Source of the DNA: Candidatus Saccharibacteria bacterium UBA2951
GTDB taxonomy: Bacteria; Patescibacteriota; Saccharimonadia; Saccharimonadales; Saccharimonadaceae
Assembly: GCA_002348615.1 (NCBI GenBank)
Contig: DEBR01000003.1
Coordinates: 12,268 to 76,267, forward strand
DNA length: 64,000 bases
Direction of reading: 5' to 3'
This document shows positions 25,338 through 34,916 of the stretch, in pieces; positions within the stretch are counted from its first letter, which is position 1; each line of letters opens with the position of its first letter. Below the pieces are notes generated by a model, which was not told the DNA's origin, searched no databases, and was given only the letters and a program-made list of their open reading frames with translations. A program made the position numbers and the translations under genes.

Positions 25338-26108
25338 ATGCCGACAGTCATCGCGGTCACGAATCAAAAGGGTGGAGTAGGCAAGACGACGAGTGCCGTC
25401 AATATTGCGTTTTACCTTGCCAAGAACGGCAAAAAGACTCTGTTAATCGACTTTGATCCGCAAGGTAACGCGACGAGCGGCCTAGGTATCGACAAACAGG
25501 AACTCGAGACAGGCACTATGAGCGATGTCATGCTTGAAACCAAAACGCTACAAGAAGTCATTTTGAAGACATCGGTTAAGGGACTGTTCTTGGCGCCTGC
25601 CACCCCGTACCTGGCGAACACCGAAGCGGAACTGGCCGGAGCAAGCCGCCGGTTCAGCCGGCTAAAAAACGCCATTGGCACCACGGGTGAAACGTACGAC
25701 TATGTGATTATAGATAGCCCGCCGTCGCTGAGCCTTCTGACGGTGAACGGCTTGATCGCGGCTCGCTATGTGCTGCTCCCTGTACAGGCGGAATTCTATG
25801 CCTTAGAAGGCTTAGGACAACTACTTGAAACCATGAAGCTGGTACGAAAGAACATGAATCCGACGCTCGATCTTATTGGAGTGTTGCCAACCATGGTGGA
25901 CGGCCGTACCACGCTTTCGGGCCAAGTGCACGAAGAGATCAAAAAGCACTTCCCGGGCAAGGTGTTTAAGACGGTCATTCCGCGCAATATCCGGCTAGCT
26001 GAAGCTCCAAGCCACGGGGTACCAATCGGGGCATACGACCGTTTTTCTAAAGGTGCGAGGGCGTATAAATCCGTTACCAAAGAACTGATTGAAAGGGCAG
26101 GGGCATAG
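25338..26108 (+). CDS. parA: chromosome partitioning ATPase ParA/Soj
   Basis: Deviant Walker A KGGVGKTT. Adjacent to parB. Confidence 0.95.
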   Translation: MPTVIAVTNQKGGVGKTTSAVNIAFYLAKNGKKTLLIDFDPQGNATSGLGIDKQELETGTMSDVMLETKTLQEVILKTSVKGLFLAPATPYLANTEAELAGASRRFSRLKNAIGTTGETYDYVIIDSPPSLSLLTVNGLIAARYVLLPVQAEFYALEGLGQLLETMKLVRKNMNPTLDLIGVLPTMVDGRTTLSGQVHEEIKKHFPGKVFKTVIPRNIRLAEAPSHGVPIGAYDRFSKGARAYKSVTKELIERAGA

Positions 26109-26109
26109 T

Positions 26110-26982
26110 ATGGCGAAAAAAGGATTAGGACGCAGCTTTTCATCGTTGATTCCGGACAACCTGCTTGATGAATCATTCGACCCAAGCGCCGGCGACGACC
26201 ACAAGGTCAGCGACCTCCGTAATATCAAACTCGCGAACATCAAGGCAGACCCGGACCAGCCCCGTCGCTACTTTGATGAAGCCGGTTTGGCCGAACTGAC
26301 GGCGAGTATTGAAGCACACGGCGTACTGCAGCCGATCGTAGTCATACCCCTAAAGGATGGCAATTACCAAATCGTCGCTGGAGAACGGCGCTTCCGCGCC
26401 AGCCAGGCAGCTGGTAAGACGACCATTCCCGCCCTCGTACGCACTTTAAGCGCACAGCACAAGCTTGAGCTGAGTCTTATTGAAAACATCCAACGCCGCG
26501 ACCTTAACCCGCTCGAAACCGCGACCGCGTACGCCAAGCTACGAGATCAGTTCAATCTGACACTCGAAGAAATCGGGGCGCGCGTGGGCGGTAAATCCGT
26601 ATCGGCCGTATCGAACACGCTACGTCTGCTTAAGCTACCTCATGACATCAAGCAAGCCGTCGCCGACGGCAAACTGTCGGAAGGCCAAGCCCGTCCGCTA
26701 ATCGGAACCGATGAAGCTACCGCGAAGGCACTGCTTCCTGTCATTATTGCCGAACATTGGAGTGCCCGAAAAATCGAAGAGCATGTGGCGAACGAACGAC
26801 CGATCGAAACTAAGCCGGGCCGTAAACCTTCTACGGTACGCCCCCAAGAGAACCAGGGACTGTCAAAGCGGCTTAATACTCGTGTGCTGACGCAGCAGAA
26901 TGCCAAAGGTGCCGGTAAGATCGTCATTGAGTTCAAGTCCGTCGAAGAGCGCGAGCGAATCGAAAAACAGCTTCAGGCATAG
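26110..26982 (+). CDS. parB: chromosome partitioning protein ParB/Spo0J
   Basis: GERRFRA and LIENIQRRDLNPLE ParB boxes. Start set to the ATG at 26110 (MAKKGLGRS), 1 nt after the parA stop. Confidence 0.95.
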   Translation: MAKKGLGRSFSSLIPDNLLDESFDPSAGDDHKVSDLRNIKLANIKADPDQPRRYFDEAGLAELTASIEAHGVLQPIVVIPLKDGNYQIVAGERRFRASQAAGKTTIPALVRTLSAQHKLELSLIENIQRRDLNPLETATAYAKLRDQFNLTLEEIGARVGGKSVSAVSNTLRLLKLPHDIKQAVADGKLSEGQARPLIGTDEATAKALLPVIIAEHWSARKIEEHVANERPIETKPGRKPSTVRPQENQGLSKRLNTRVLTQQNAKGAGKIVIEFKSVEERERIEKQLQA

Positions 26983-26985
26983 TAA

Positions 26986-27080
26986 ACGCTTCGTTCGTAT
27001 TTTCTCAATCCCCCTACGCGCCACGCGCGAGGCGCTTGGGCTGCAGTCGCTTTACGATTTCTAAAATACGCACGAAGCGT
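26986..27080. repeat. long-range inverted repeat (17 of 18 bp arms) between convergent parB and lepB
   Basis: ACGCTTCGTTCGTATTTT (26986-27003) pairs with AAAATACGCACGAAGCGT (27063-80) with one mismatch. The 59-nt core holds a GCGCC/GGCGC hairpin. Confidence 0.8.
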
Positions 27081-27101
27081 CTACTGAGAGGCAAACAGAG
27101 A

Positions 27102-27707
27102 TTAGAACGTGCGGATCTTATCGAACGGGAAGATACGGAACGCAACCGGGCCGACAACGTCGTAGTAGGGGATCTGGCCAAGTCCGTTACGTGAATCCTT
27201 TGAAAAGCCTTCGGCGCGGTGGTCACCACTGACGAACAAAGAGTTGTCGGCAACGATAGTATCGACTTCGCCAGCAGTGAATTTGCCAGGTTCGCCGTGA
27301 TTTTGGTCGTCGGGGTTGAAGCCCGCCGGGTGCTCGTCGTTATACACGGTGTATTGCCCGTCTTTTAATACCACGCGCTCGCCGGGGAACGCGATGACAC
27401 GTTTTACGATATATTCTTCACCGAGGCCGGCGACGTATTGCGGGTTCTTGAACACGATGACTTGTCCACGCTCCGGCACGTACGATTTGTTTTGTAGCTG
27501 GGCGATAGTCACAGGTAAGCGGTTCACGATCAACCGGTCACCGGTATACATGGTAGGCTCCATACTAGGCCCTTCAACGTTGAAACTACGAAAAATGAAC
27601 GCGTTGATAATAAGCGTTCCAATCAGTACGCATACGACAAACACCATGATGCCAAGGGCGTCTTTAACGCCGGGGTGCCGGTCCAGGTAGGTAGCGTTCA
27701 TGAGCAC
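27102..27707 (-). CDS. lepB: signal peptidase I
   Basis: GPSMEPT (Ser box), YIVKRVIAFPGE (Lys box), GDHRAEGFSKDSR. Confidence 0.9.
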   Translation of the reverse strand: MLMNATYLDRHPGVKDALGIMVFVVCVLIGTLIINAFIFRSFNVEGPSMEPTMYTGDRLIVNRLPVTIAQLQNKSYVPERGQVIVFKNPQYVAGLGEEYIVKRVIAFPGERVVLKDGQYTVYNDEHPAGFNPDDQNHGEPGKFTAGEVDTIVADNSLFVSGDHRAEGFSKDSRNGLGQIPYYDVVGPVAFRIFPFDKIRTF

Positions 27708-27803
27708 TACTATACACCACCAGACGAATAATCTTGCTTATGCTTATGGTTTTTTACAACCAATTTAAGGTAATTATTTGCTATAGTGGTGGGAAGAATA
27801 GTT

Positions 27804-29456
27804 ATGCGAAAACAAAATTCATCACTTGATGGTTTCGTTCCTCGTCGTGGCCCGACCGTCGGTGGCGGAACAAGCCAACAACTTGGACGGCCTGTTCCAG
27901 AAGTTCGGTCAGACATCGGCCGAGCTTCGAGGCCGATTAACCAGAATACCCCTATGACCACGCTGCGCCCGGCCGGTGGGGTCAGCCGATCGGAAATCGA
28001 TGATTCATTAGCTCAGATTCATGACGACGAACAACCAGAGGTAAAACGCGGCTTTTTACGGCGTCGACAAAAACCGGTGCAGAGCCGTCGGAAGCGGATC
28101 ATGAAACGGCTCGCGCTGCTTATCGTCCTTCTTATCATCGCCGCTGGCGCATATGTCGGCATTAAGGCGATCATTGCCAGTAATAGTGTGTTCCAAGGTA
28201 ATATATTCGATATTTTCCAGGCACGGCCGCTCAAAATGGACCAAAACGGCCGTTCGAACATCTTGGTATTCGGCACGAGTGAAGACGACCCTGGACACCA
28301 GGGTGCAAGTCTGACGGACTCCATCATGGTTATCAGTGTCGACCAGAATAAGAAGAACGCATACATGGTGAGTATTCCGCGCGACCTTCAGGTGGAGTAC
28401 GGAGGAGCTTGCCAAGCAGGATACGCCGGCAAGATCAATGCGTTGTACCAGTGTTACTACGAAGATGGCAACAACGAAGAAGGCGGCGCGAATGCCCTTA
28501 AGAAAAAAGTGGGTGAAATCCTAGGTCTTGATATTCCATACTACGCGCACGTCAACTACACCGTCGTCCGAGATACGGTGAAGGCGCTTGGCTCAATTAA
28601 AGTCGATATTCAGGGAAGTGGCGGCGCGCCAGGTGTAATGGACAGTAACTTTGACTGGAAATGTGGATCTACCTACGCCAAAAGGATAAAACAATGTCCA
28701 CCGAACGGTCACTTTATTGACTATAAGAACGGTCCCGTAGAACTCGATGCCGAGCATGCCCTTTACCTTGCCCAGGCACGTGGCGACAGGGCACCGACGT
28801 ACGGCCTTGGCCGCTCAAACTTCGACCGCGAAATAAATCAGCAAAAAATCGTCAAAGCCATCCGTGAAAAAGCGGCGAGCGCCGGCACGTTAACGAACAT
28901 CGGCGCCGTGACTGGCTTAATTGACGCGTTAGGCAATAACCTTCGCACGAATTTCGAAACCGCAGAGATACGGACGCTCATGCAGCTCGGAAACGACATA
29001 CCGTCAAAAGACATCGTTCCTATCAGCTTGATCAAAGAAGGCGAGGAAGTCGTGAGGGGTGGTGCCGGCGGAAACGTCGTGCCGACCGCCGGTACCTACG
29101 AGTACAGTGAAATCCAGGCATATATCGACAAAAACCTTTCAAGCGACCCGGTCGCCCGTGAAGCCGCCAATATCGTCGTCATGAACGGTACGACAACAGC
29201 CGGCGTCGCCTTGACTGAATCGGGGCGTCTGACAGAAGCCGGGTTCACGGTATCGAATGCTACCAACGCACCGACGCAGGACTACCAGACGACCACGATT
29301 TATCGAATTAACAAAAAAGACAAAGACGGCACGGCTAAAGCCTTGTCTAAACGCTATGGCGTCGAACTGATTACGACCGCCCCAAGCTTCGCGGTAGACG
29401 CCGGCGTCGACTTTGTCGTCATCATCGGTCGGGCCAGCTTAAGCTCATCAAACTAA
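27804..29456 (+). CDS. LCP (LytR-CpsA-Psr) family cell-wall polymer transferase
   Basis: N-terminal TM. NILVFGTSEDD...SLTDSIMVISVDQNKKNAYMVSIPRDL core. C-terminal LytR_C-like region. Start placed at the ATG at 27804. Confidence 0.88.
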   Translation: MRKQNSSLDGFVPRRGPTVGGGTSQQLGRPVPEVRSDIGRASRPINQNTPMTTLRPAGGVSRSEIDDSLAQIHDDEQPEVKRGFLRRRQKPVQSRRKRIMKRLALLIVLLIIAAGAYVGIKAIIASNSVFQGNIFDIFQARPLKMDQNGRSNILVFGTSEDDPGHQGASLTDSIMVISVDQNKKNAYMVSIPRDLQVEYGGACQAGYAGKINALYQCYYEDGNNEEGGANALKKKVGEILGLDIPYYAHVNYTVVRDTVKALGSIKVDIQGSGGAPGVMDSNFDWKCGSTYAKRIKQCPPNGHFIDYKNGPVELDAEHALYLAQARGDRAPTYGLGRSNFDREINQQKIVKAIREKAASAGTLTNIGAVTGLIDALGNNLRTNFETAEIRTLMQLGNDIPSKDIVPISLIKEGEEVVRGGAGGNVVPTAGTYEYSEIQAYIDKNLSSDPVAREAANIVVMNGTTTAGVALTESGRLTEAGFTVSNATNAPTQDYQTTTIYRINKKDKDGTAKALSKRYGVELITTAPSFAVDAGVDFVVIIGRASLSSSN

Positions 29457-29469
29457 CTGTGCCTACAGG

Positions 29470-29478
29470 TGGTACAAT
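29470..29478 (+). promoter_or_regulatory. extended -10 box (TGGTACAAT) 8 nt upstream of the ATG at 29487
   Basis: TGGTACAAT at 29470-78. No Shine-Dalgarno before the ATG. Confidence 0.4.
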
Positions 29479-29486
29479 AGGGGTAT

Positions 29487-30254
29487 ATGGAATTACTACG
29501 GTCTGTCCGCCGACGTTCGTTCATTAGCGAAGTCGCCTATATCGTATTGAACATCGCCCTTGCGGTGATGCTACTCATACTCGTATTGGTCGTGAATGTC
29601 CCATGGCCGGCACTCGGACTGGTGCTGCTAAGTAAGTGGCGTGTCTTTGCGGTCCGTTCGCGGTACTGGATGGCGAATATCCGGGCTAACCTGGTGGATG
29701 TGATCGTGGGAATCAGCATGGTCGTACTTCTGTACGCAGCCTCGGGAGATTTACCGACCCAAATAGGCCTGACAGCGTTGTACATCGCCTGGCTGCTATT
29801 CCTTAAGCCACGTTCAAAGCGGGGCCATGTCGTTGCTCAGGCCGCGGTAGGACTTATATTCGGTATTACCGCCATCGTCCAAATATCGCCTTCGTTGCCA
29901 TCTTCGGCGGTCGTGCTGCTGTCGTGGCTTATCGGGTACGCTACGGCGCGGCACATACTCAGCGTCCAGCATGAATCGCATATCAATTTCCTTAGCATCC
30001 TGTGGGGCTTCGTCGTGGCGGAGGTTATGTGGCTTGGCTATCATTGGACTATCGGCTATCAGGTCAGCAAGTCATTGCAGCTTTCACAAATCGTCATTAT
30101 TATAGGGGCACTGAGCTTCATGGCCGAACGCATTTATATTAGCTACCATCGCAACGGGAAGATTCAGTCGAGCGATATCATGATGCCGGCGCTGCTTTCG
30201 CTCAGTATCATCGGGGTGCTGATATTCGTGTTCGGTGGGGCAGCAACAATCTGA
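29487..30254 (+). CDS. hypothetical polytopic membrane protein
   Basis: 255 aa with about 7 hydrophobic helices. No recognised motif. Confidence 0.7.
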   Translation: MELLRSVRRRSFISEVAYIVLNIALAVMLLILVLVVNVPWPALGLVLLSKWRVFAVRSRYWMANIRANLVDVIVGISMVVLLYAASGDLPTQIGLTALYIAWLLFLKPRSKRGHVVAQAAVGLIFGITAIVQISPSLPSSAVVLLSWLIGYATARHILSVQHESHINFLSILWGFVVAEVMWLGYHWTIGYQVSKSLQLSQIVIIIGALSFMAERIYISYHRNGKIQSSDIMMPALLSLSIIGVLIFVFGGAATI

Positions 30255-30302
30255 CCTGAGTTTATTAAGTAAATTTTTAGGGAGGCACAGTAAAACCAAA
30301 CC

Positions 30303-31520
30303 ATGGAACAAACACACGAACCGAACGCTAACGTGCAAGCTGGACCGGCGACGTCTGAAGCACCTATGAAAAGCGAATACGCTTCGGGTAAGCCGTCCAA
30401 ACGGCCACTGTTTATCATCGTGCTGCTTATTCTCGCCGGCCTAACAGGCTTTGCCGGCTCATGGGCACAAGATTATCTTCAGGGTGACTTACGTTCATCA
30501 ACGGTACTGAACACCTCTAAAGAAGATGGCAACAATGTCGTCACCCCGAACGAAGAATCAATCGCGGCGGTCGCCAAGGCCGTCAGTCCGAGCGTCGTGT
30601 CGATCCTGACGACGACCAACCAAGTGTCACGCCTGTTTAATCAGCAATACCAGCAAGAAGGAGCCGGTACGGGCATGATCGTCAGCTCGAACGGTTACAT
30701 CATGACGAATAAGCACGTCATCGATGGTGCGGACAAGGTAACAGTGGTACTTCCGGACGGCAAGACCTACGAGAACGTCGATGTACTCGGTAGTGACCCC
30801 TTAAACGACGTTGCCTTCCTGAAAATCAGGAACGTATCGGGTCTACCGGCGATCGTGCTGGGTGATTCCAAGACTATCCGTATCGGGCAGTCGGTCGTGG
30901 CTATCGGTAACGCCCTCGGACAGTACCAGAACAGCGTGACCAGTGGTATCGTCTCAGGAACCGGGCGCCCTGTAACGGCCTCGAGCGATGGCACTGCAAA
31001 CGGCAGCACCGAGAGTCTTACGGACTTGATTCAAACCGACGCCGCCATCAACTCCGGTAATTCCGGGGGTCCGCTCCTTAACCTGAAGGGGCAGGTCATT
31101 GGCATCAATACTGCTATCGCGCAGGACGCCCAAAGTATCGGCTTTGCCATTCCGATCAGCGCTACTAAGGGGCTACTGGCTCATGTTATCAAGACTGGCA
31201 AGGTCGAGCGCTCGTACCTTGGCGTGCAATATATGTCCATCACTCCGGCCATCAAAGAACAGTACCGCCTGCCAGTCGATAAAGGGGACTACATAACCTC
31301 GGACCGTGGCAACAGCGTGCAAGCAAATGGTCCCGCGGCAAAGGCGGGAGTGAAAAACGGAGATATCATCACGCAGGTGAACGGGTATAATGTAGGCGAA
31401 ATCGCCAGCGTTTCTACCTTAATTTCAGAATACGAACCCGGCCAAAAGGTCGAGCTTACGGTATTGCGGGACGGCAAAGAGCTCAAACTGACCGCGACGC
31501 TCGGGACCTACCAACGCTAG
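30303..31520 (+). CDS. htrA: HtrA/DegP-family serine protease with PDZ domain
   Basis: N-terminal TM. Catalytic MTNKHVI (His) and GNSGGPL (Ser). C-terminal PDZ. Confidence 0.9.
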   Translation: MEQTHEPNANVQAGPATSEAPMKSEYASGKPSKRPLFIIVLLILAGLTGFAGSWAQDYLQGDLRSSTVLNTSKEDGNNVVTPNEESIAAVAKAVSPSVVSILTTTNQVSRLFNQQYQQEGAGTGMIVSSNGYIMTNKHVIDGADKVTVVLPDGKTYENVDVLGSDPLNDVAFLKIRNVSGLPAIVLGDSKTIRIGQSVVAIGNALGQYQNSVTSGIVSGTGRPVTASSDGTANGSTESLTDLIQTDAAINSGNSGGPLLNLKGQVIGINTAIAQDAQSIGFAIPISATKGLLAHVIKTGKVERSYLGVQYMSITPAIKEQYRLPVDKGDYITSDRGNSVQANGPAAKAGVKNGDIITQVNGYNVGEIASVSTLISEYEPGQKVELTVLRDGKELKLTATLGTYQR

Positions 31521-32353
31521 TCGTTATCTAGCCTGAAGGCGACCACGTACTCATCACGGCCGACTTCTTTGAAGTCATGCTTCTTCGCGTAAACGGAAAT
31601 CGTGTCGAGCTGACTTGGGTCGGCTTCAAGCAGTAACAAGGCACCGGGCTTTGCGCGCGCGGCGACCTGCTCGATACATCGTTTAATAACGGCCAATCCA
31701 CCGTCTTCAGCATATAGCGCCTCGGCTGGCTCATTGGCCAGTTCCGGTGACTGGTAATCCCACGAACGGTCGACGTACGGCAGGTTAGCGAGGATGATGT
31801 CGGGAGAATAGGGGTAGTTTGTCAGCAGGTCACTCACGAACGTTTCTACTTCCGCGCCTAGTAACCGAGCATTTTTCTCGGCGACAGTCAGCGCGTGGCG
31901 GCTATTGTCTACTAACGCGACCTCGAACTGCGGGAATAACAGCTTCGCGGTAATTCCTAAGCAACCGCTGCCGGTTCCCAGGTCTACCAATCGTTTTTCA
32001 ACGATACCGGGAAGTTCCGCCGAACGCGGTAAAAGTGTTTGCAGCATGTCTATCAACTGCTCGCTTTCAGGGCGGGGAATAAGCACGGCCGGACTAACAA
32101 CGAACCGGCGGCCATAAAATTCCTTATGGCCGATGATATATGCTACCGGTACGCGATCTTTTCGTAGCTCAACACGGGCATTGGCGATATCTTCGTCGCG
32201 AGCACTCAGTTCTTCATCGCCATGGGCATGCAAGTACGTTCGGGGGTGGCGAATGGTATGCGCCAGAATGATTTCGGCATCAAGCCGTGGTGAAGGCAGG
32301 ATTTCATCCGCCAGTTCATCTGTCGCCGCCTTAAGCCATGCTGAAATCGTCAT
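31517..32353 (-). CDS. prmC: release factor glutamine N5-methyltransferase PrmC/HemK
   Basis: SAM motif LVDLGTGSG and an NLPY (NPPY-type) motif. Start set to MTISAWL at 32353. Confidence 0.88.
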   Translation of the reverse strand: MTISAWLKAATDELADEILPSPRLDAEIILAHTIRHPRTYLHAHGDEELSARDEDIANARVELRKDRVPVAYIIGHKEFYGRRFVVSPAVLIPRPESEQLIDMLQTLLPRSAELPGIVEKRLVDLGTGSGCLGITAKLLFPQFEVALVDNSRHALTVAEKNARLLGAEVETFVSDLLTNYPYSPDIILANLPYVDRSWDYQSPELANEPAEALYAEDGGLAVIKRCIEQVAARAKPGALLLLEADPSQLDTISVYAKKHDFKEVGRDEYVVAFRLDND

Positions 32354-32391
32354 ACTTACATTATCCCACCTCTTGCATAATGTGCAAAACA

Positions 32392-32420
32392 TTGACAAAT
32401 AAGCATAAGTATGATAGATT
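32392..32420 (+). promoter_or_regulatory. sigma70-like promoter, -10 ends 6 nt before the ATG at 32427
   Basis: TTGACA (32392-97), 17-nt spacer, TAGATT (32415-20). Confidence 0.55.
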
Positions 32421-32426
32421 GTCCGT

Positions 32427-32999
32427 ATGGAACCGAAAAACAAAAACAACGTTCATAACATCGGCCGAAATGATCGAGACGCGATCGCACGACAAGTCGG
32501 TATGACAGAGTTCGAACCTTCTGAAAGTGTCCACAAACCAGAACAAGTTCGCGATCACCGTCCGGGACGTGTACTGACAGCGCTTGGTGCTACCGCGGCC
32601 GTCCTTGGAACGGCATGGCTTGCCGCACCACGTTCACACGATGCACCACTACCTGACGATAAGAAAACCTTCTCCGAAGAGGTCGCTGAATCAGCCCAGA
32701 AACCGTACGACCCTGCCAAAGATGAATTGGTCATTGATGGAATTCGGGTAAAGCCCGGTAATCCGGACCGTAACACTCCTTCTGAAGCCGTGCTTGGTGA
32801 CCCACGCGTCAAGGCGTTCGTCGAAGCAAATCCAGACGAGTCGTCATCCGTTACGACTAGCGCAATGTCGCTGCCGGGAGGTAACGAAGCCGGTATCGTT
32901 ATGCGTGATGTTGACCACGACGGCGACAAAGACGCCGTTGCTGTTCAGATCGAAGAAGAACATCCTTCAATCGAAATAGAAGATAAGACTATCCATTAG
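32427..32999 (+). CDS. hypothetical single-TM protein
   Basis: 190 aa. [21 protein letters not shown]. Acidic C-terminal region. Lies on the opposite strand between prmC and prfA. Confidence 0.6.
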   Translation: MEPKNKNNVHNIGRNDRDAIARQVGMTEFEPSESVHKPEQVRDHRPGRVLTALGATAAVLGTAWLAAPRSHDAPLPDDKKTFSEEVAESAQKPYDPAKDELVIDGIRVKPGNPDRNTPSEAVLGDPRVKAFVEANPDESSSVTTSAMSLPGGNEAGIVMRDVDHDGDKDAVAVQIEEEHPSIEIEDKTIH

Positions 33000-34066
33000 C
33001 TTTCGGCGTTCTGTGCCTTAAGCTCACGTTCGTAGGCCTGTAATTTTTCAATGATATCGTCGATATCACCGTTCATTGCCTGCGGAATACCGCTCCTGGA
33101 ATAGCCTATACGGTGGTCGGTAATGCGATCCTGCGGAAAGTTATAGGTGCGGATCTTTTCGCTGCGGTCGCCTGTGCCGATGAGCCCGCGCCGTTCAGCG
33201 GATAGTTTGGCGTTTTCTTCGTCGATCTTAATTTGGAGCAGCCGTGAGCGTAGCACGCTCATGGCTTTTTCTTTGTTCTTCAGCTGAGACTTCTCGTCTT
33301 GGTTCGACACGACTAGGCCAGATGGCAGGTGGGTGATGCGCACGGCCGAGTCGGTCGTGTTCACCGATTGGCCACCATGGCCGGACGCGCGGAAAATATC
33401 GATACGTAGGTCCTTCGGGTCAATGACGATGTCGGTCTCTTCGGCTTCGGGCAGCACGGCCACCGTAACAGTACTGGTGTGGATACGGCCCTGGCTTTCG
33501 GTGGCCGGTACGCGCTGCACTCGGTGCACGCCGGACTCGAACTTCAGGAACGAGTAGGGGGCGTCGCCCTTGATTTCGACCACGACTTCTTTGTAGCCAC
33601 CGCTGTCATTGGCACTTTCGCTCATCTGCTCTGTCTTAAAGCCGTGGGCTTCGCACCAGCGGAGGTACATGCGGTATAGTTCGGCCGCGAATAGGCTGGC
33701 TTCATCACCGCCGGCGCCGGCGCGGATTTCCATGATGACGTTCTTTTCGTCGTTCGGGTCTTTCGGAGTAAGCAGAACGAATAACTCTTCGTTGAGCGTT
33801 TCGAGCTTCGTCTCAAGTTCGGGAACTTCAGCTTTTGCCAGTTCGGCCAGCTCATCGCTGCCAGTCGACAGTTCCTTGGCTTCGGCGAGCTGCTTTTCAA
33901 GCTGCTCGCGCTCCTGGGCCTTTGAAATGAGTGAGTCAAGTTCGCTCAGGCGCCGGCTTTTGGCTCCGAATGCCGGGTCGCTGTACGCGTCGGGCGTCGA
34001 CAAAAAGGCCGTCAGTTCGGCTTTTTCAACGTTCAGGTCTTCGAGGTTAAGATTGATTACCGGCAT
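32996..34066 (-). CDS. prfA: peptide chain release factor 1
   Basis: PAT tripeptide ([10 protein letters not shown]) and GGQ ([11 protein letters not shown]). Start set to [11 protein letters not shown] at 34066, giving a normal length of about 356 aa. Confidence 0.97.
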   Translation of the reverse strand: MPVINLNLEDLNVEKAELTAFLSTPDAYSDPAFGAKSRRLSELDSLISKAQEREQLEKQLAEAKELSTGSDELAELAKAEVPELETKLETLNEELFVLLTPKDPNDEKNVIMEIRAGAGGDEASLFAAELYRMYLRWCEAHGFKTEQMSESANDSGGYKEVVVEIKGDAPYSFLKFESGVHRVQRVPATESQGRIHTSTVTVAVLPEAEETDIVIDPKDLRIDIFRASGHGGQSVNTTDSAVRITHLPSGLVVSNQDEKSQLKNKEKAMSVLRSRLLQIKIDEENAKLSAERRGLIGTGDRSEKIRTYNFPQDRITDHRIGYSRSGIPQAMNGDIDDIIEKLQAYERELKAQNAES

Positions 34067-34424
34067 GGACTTCCTTTCGTGTCGCGAGCAGTATGATGCC
34101 GACGATGATGCCAGGCAGCCATGTAAGGACAGACAATAGACCAGCCAGCCAGATAAAGACGTTGATGATCGATTTGACAGGACTATCCTGTGCGAACAAA
34201 GCCGGGTCTTCGGTATCGGCTCTACATATTCCCGAGGCAATCGAGCCCGGGCCGCTTGGACACGGCTCGGACGCCGGAGCCATACCCGAGAAGATAAAAT
34301 TTGATACCGCGTACAAAAGCAGCGCCCCGATAAAGATCGCCGTCGGCGCGATCAAGCACACCAGGCCCCAGACCAGCTTGAGATGGTTGCTGCGTTTTAA
34401 CGCGGCTGATTGTACTTGTTCCAT
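34047..34424 (-). CDS. hypothetical small membrane protein
   Basis: Two hydrophobic helices. GGAG 9 nt upstream of the ATG at 34424. 20-nt overlap with the prfA start. Confidence 0.6.
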   Translation of the reverse strand: MEQVQSAALKRSNHLKLVWGLVCLIAPTAIFIGALLLYAVSNFIFSGMAPASEPCPSGPGSIASGICRADTEDPALFAQDSPVKSIINVFIWLAGLLSVLTWLPGIIVGIILLATRKEVHAGNQS

Positions 34425-34462
34425 TCTTGGGTGCTCCAATTGGTTAAATATCTGAATTTACT

Positions 34463-34498
34463 ATAACAAAAAGGACTGCTCGCGAACGAACAGTCCCT
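34463..34498 (-). terminator. rho-independent terminator after rpmE
   Basis: On the minus strand: GGACTG-12 nt-CAGTCC followed by TTTTTGTT. Confidence 0.75.
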
Positions 34499-34512
34499 CT
34501 GATATACCGCCG

Positions 34513-34839
34513 CTATTTTTCAGCGGTAGCTTTTTTTGCCTTGGCGGCAGACTTCTTTTTGGCTTTGTTAGCCAACTCAGCCTTGCGGGCTTCAGCGGCG
34601 GCGAACTTAGCCTTAAAGCGGTCGACACGACCTTCGGTGTCGATGATCTTTTCTTCGCCGGTGAAGAAGGGGTGGGATGCGCTACTGATGTGCACCTTGA
34701 CCAGTGGGTATTCGTTACCGTCTTCCCACTTGATGGTGTCATCCGTTTGCGCAGTACTTTGCGTTAGGAACGCGAACCCAGCCACTTCGTCGCTAAATAC
34801 GACCGGGCGGTAATTTGTTGGGTGAATACTGCTTTTCAT
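34513..34839 (-). CDS. rpmE: 50S ribosomal protein L31, type B (no zinc-binding cysteines)
   Basis: [10 protein letters not shown]...[16 protein letters not shown]. The CxxC positions of type A L31 are replaced (ISSASHPFF). Confidence 0.9.
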   Translation of the reverse strand: MKSSIHPTNYRPVVFSDEVAGFAFLTQSTAQTDDTIKWEDGNEYPLVKVHISSASHPFFTGEEKIIDTEGRVDRFKAKFAAAEARKAELANKAKKKSAAKAKKATAEK

Positions 34840-34916
34840 ATCTATACGACTATACACTTTACAGAGAGAAATGTCTAGAGTCCTGAGGGGAGAAATGCCA
34901 GTCGTATAATGAATAT

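Noticed and set aside
33609-34139. 176-aa plus-strand ORF (Ser-rich) opposite prfA
   Set aside because: Antisense to RF1. Homopolymeric Ser-rich translation.
34067-34240. N-terminal 58-codon extension of the prfA ORF (ORF-track start 34240)
   Set aside because: The extension has no similarity to RF1 and overlaps the upstream membrane [14 protein letters not shown] at 34066 gives a canonical length. Similar non-homologous extensions were trimmed for prmC (32354-32449), frr (41469-41576), the ABC permease (52679-52756), parB, rpmE and the LCP gene.
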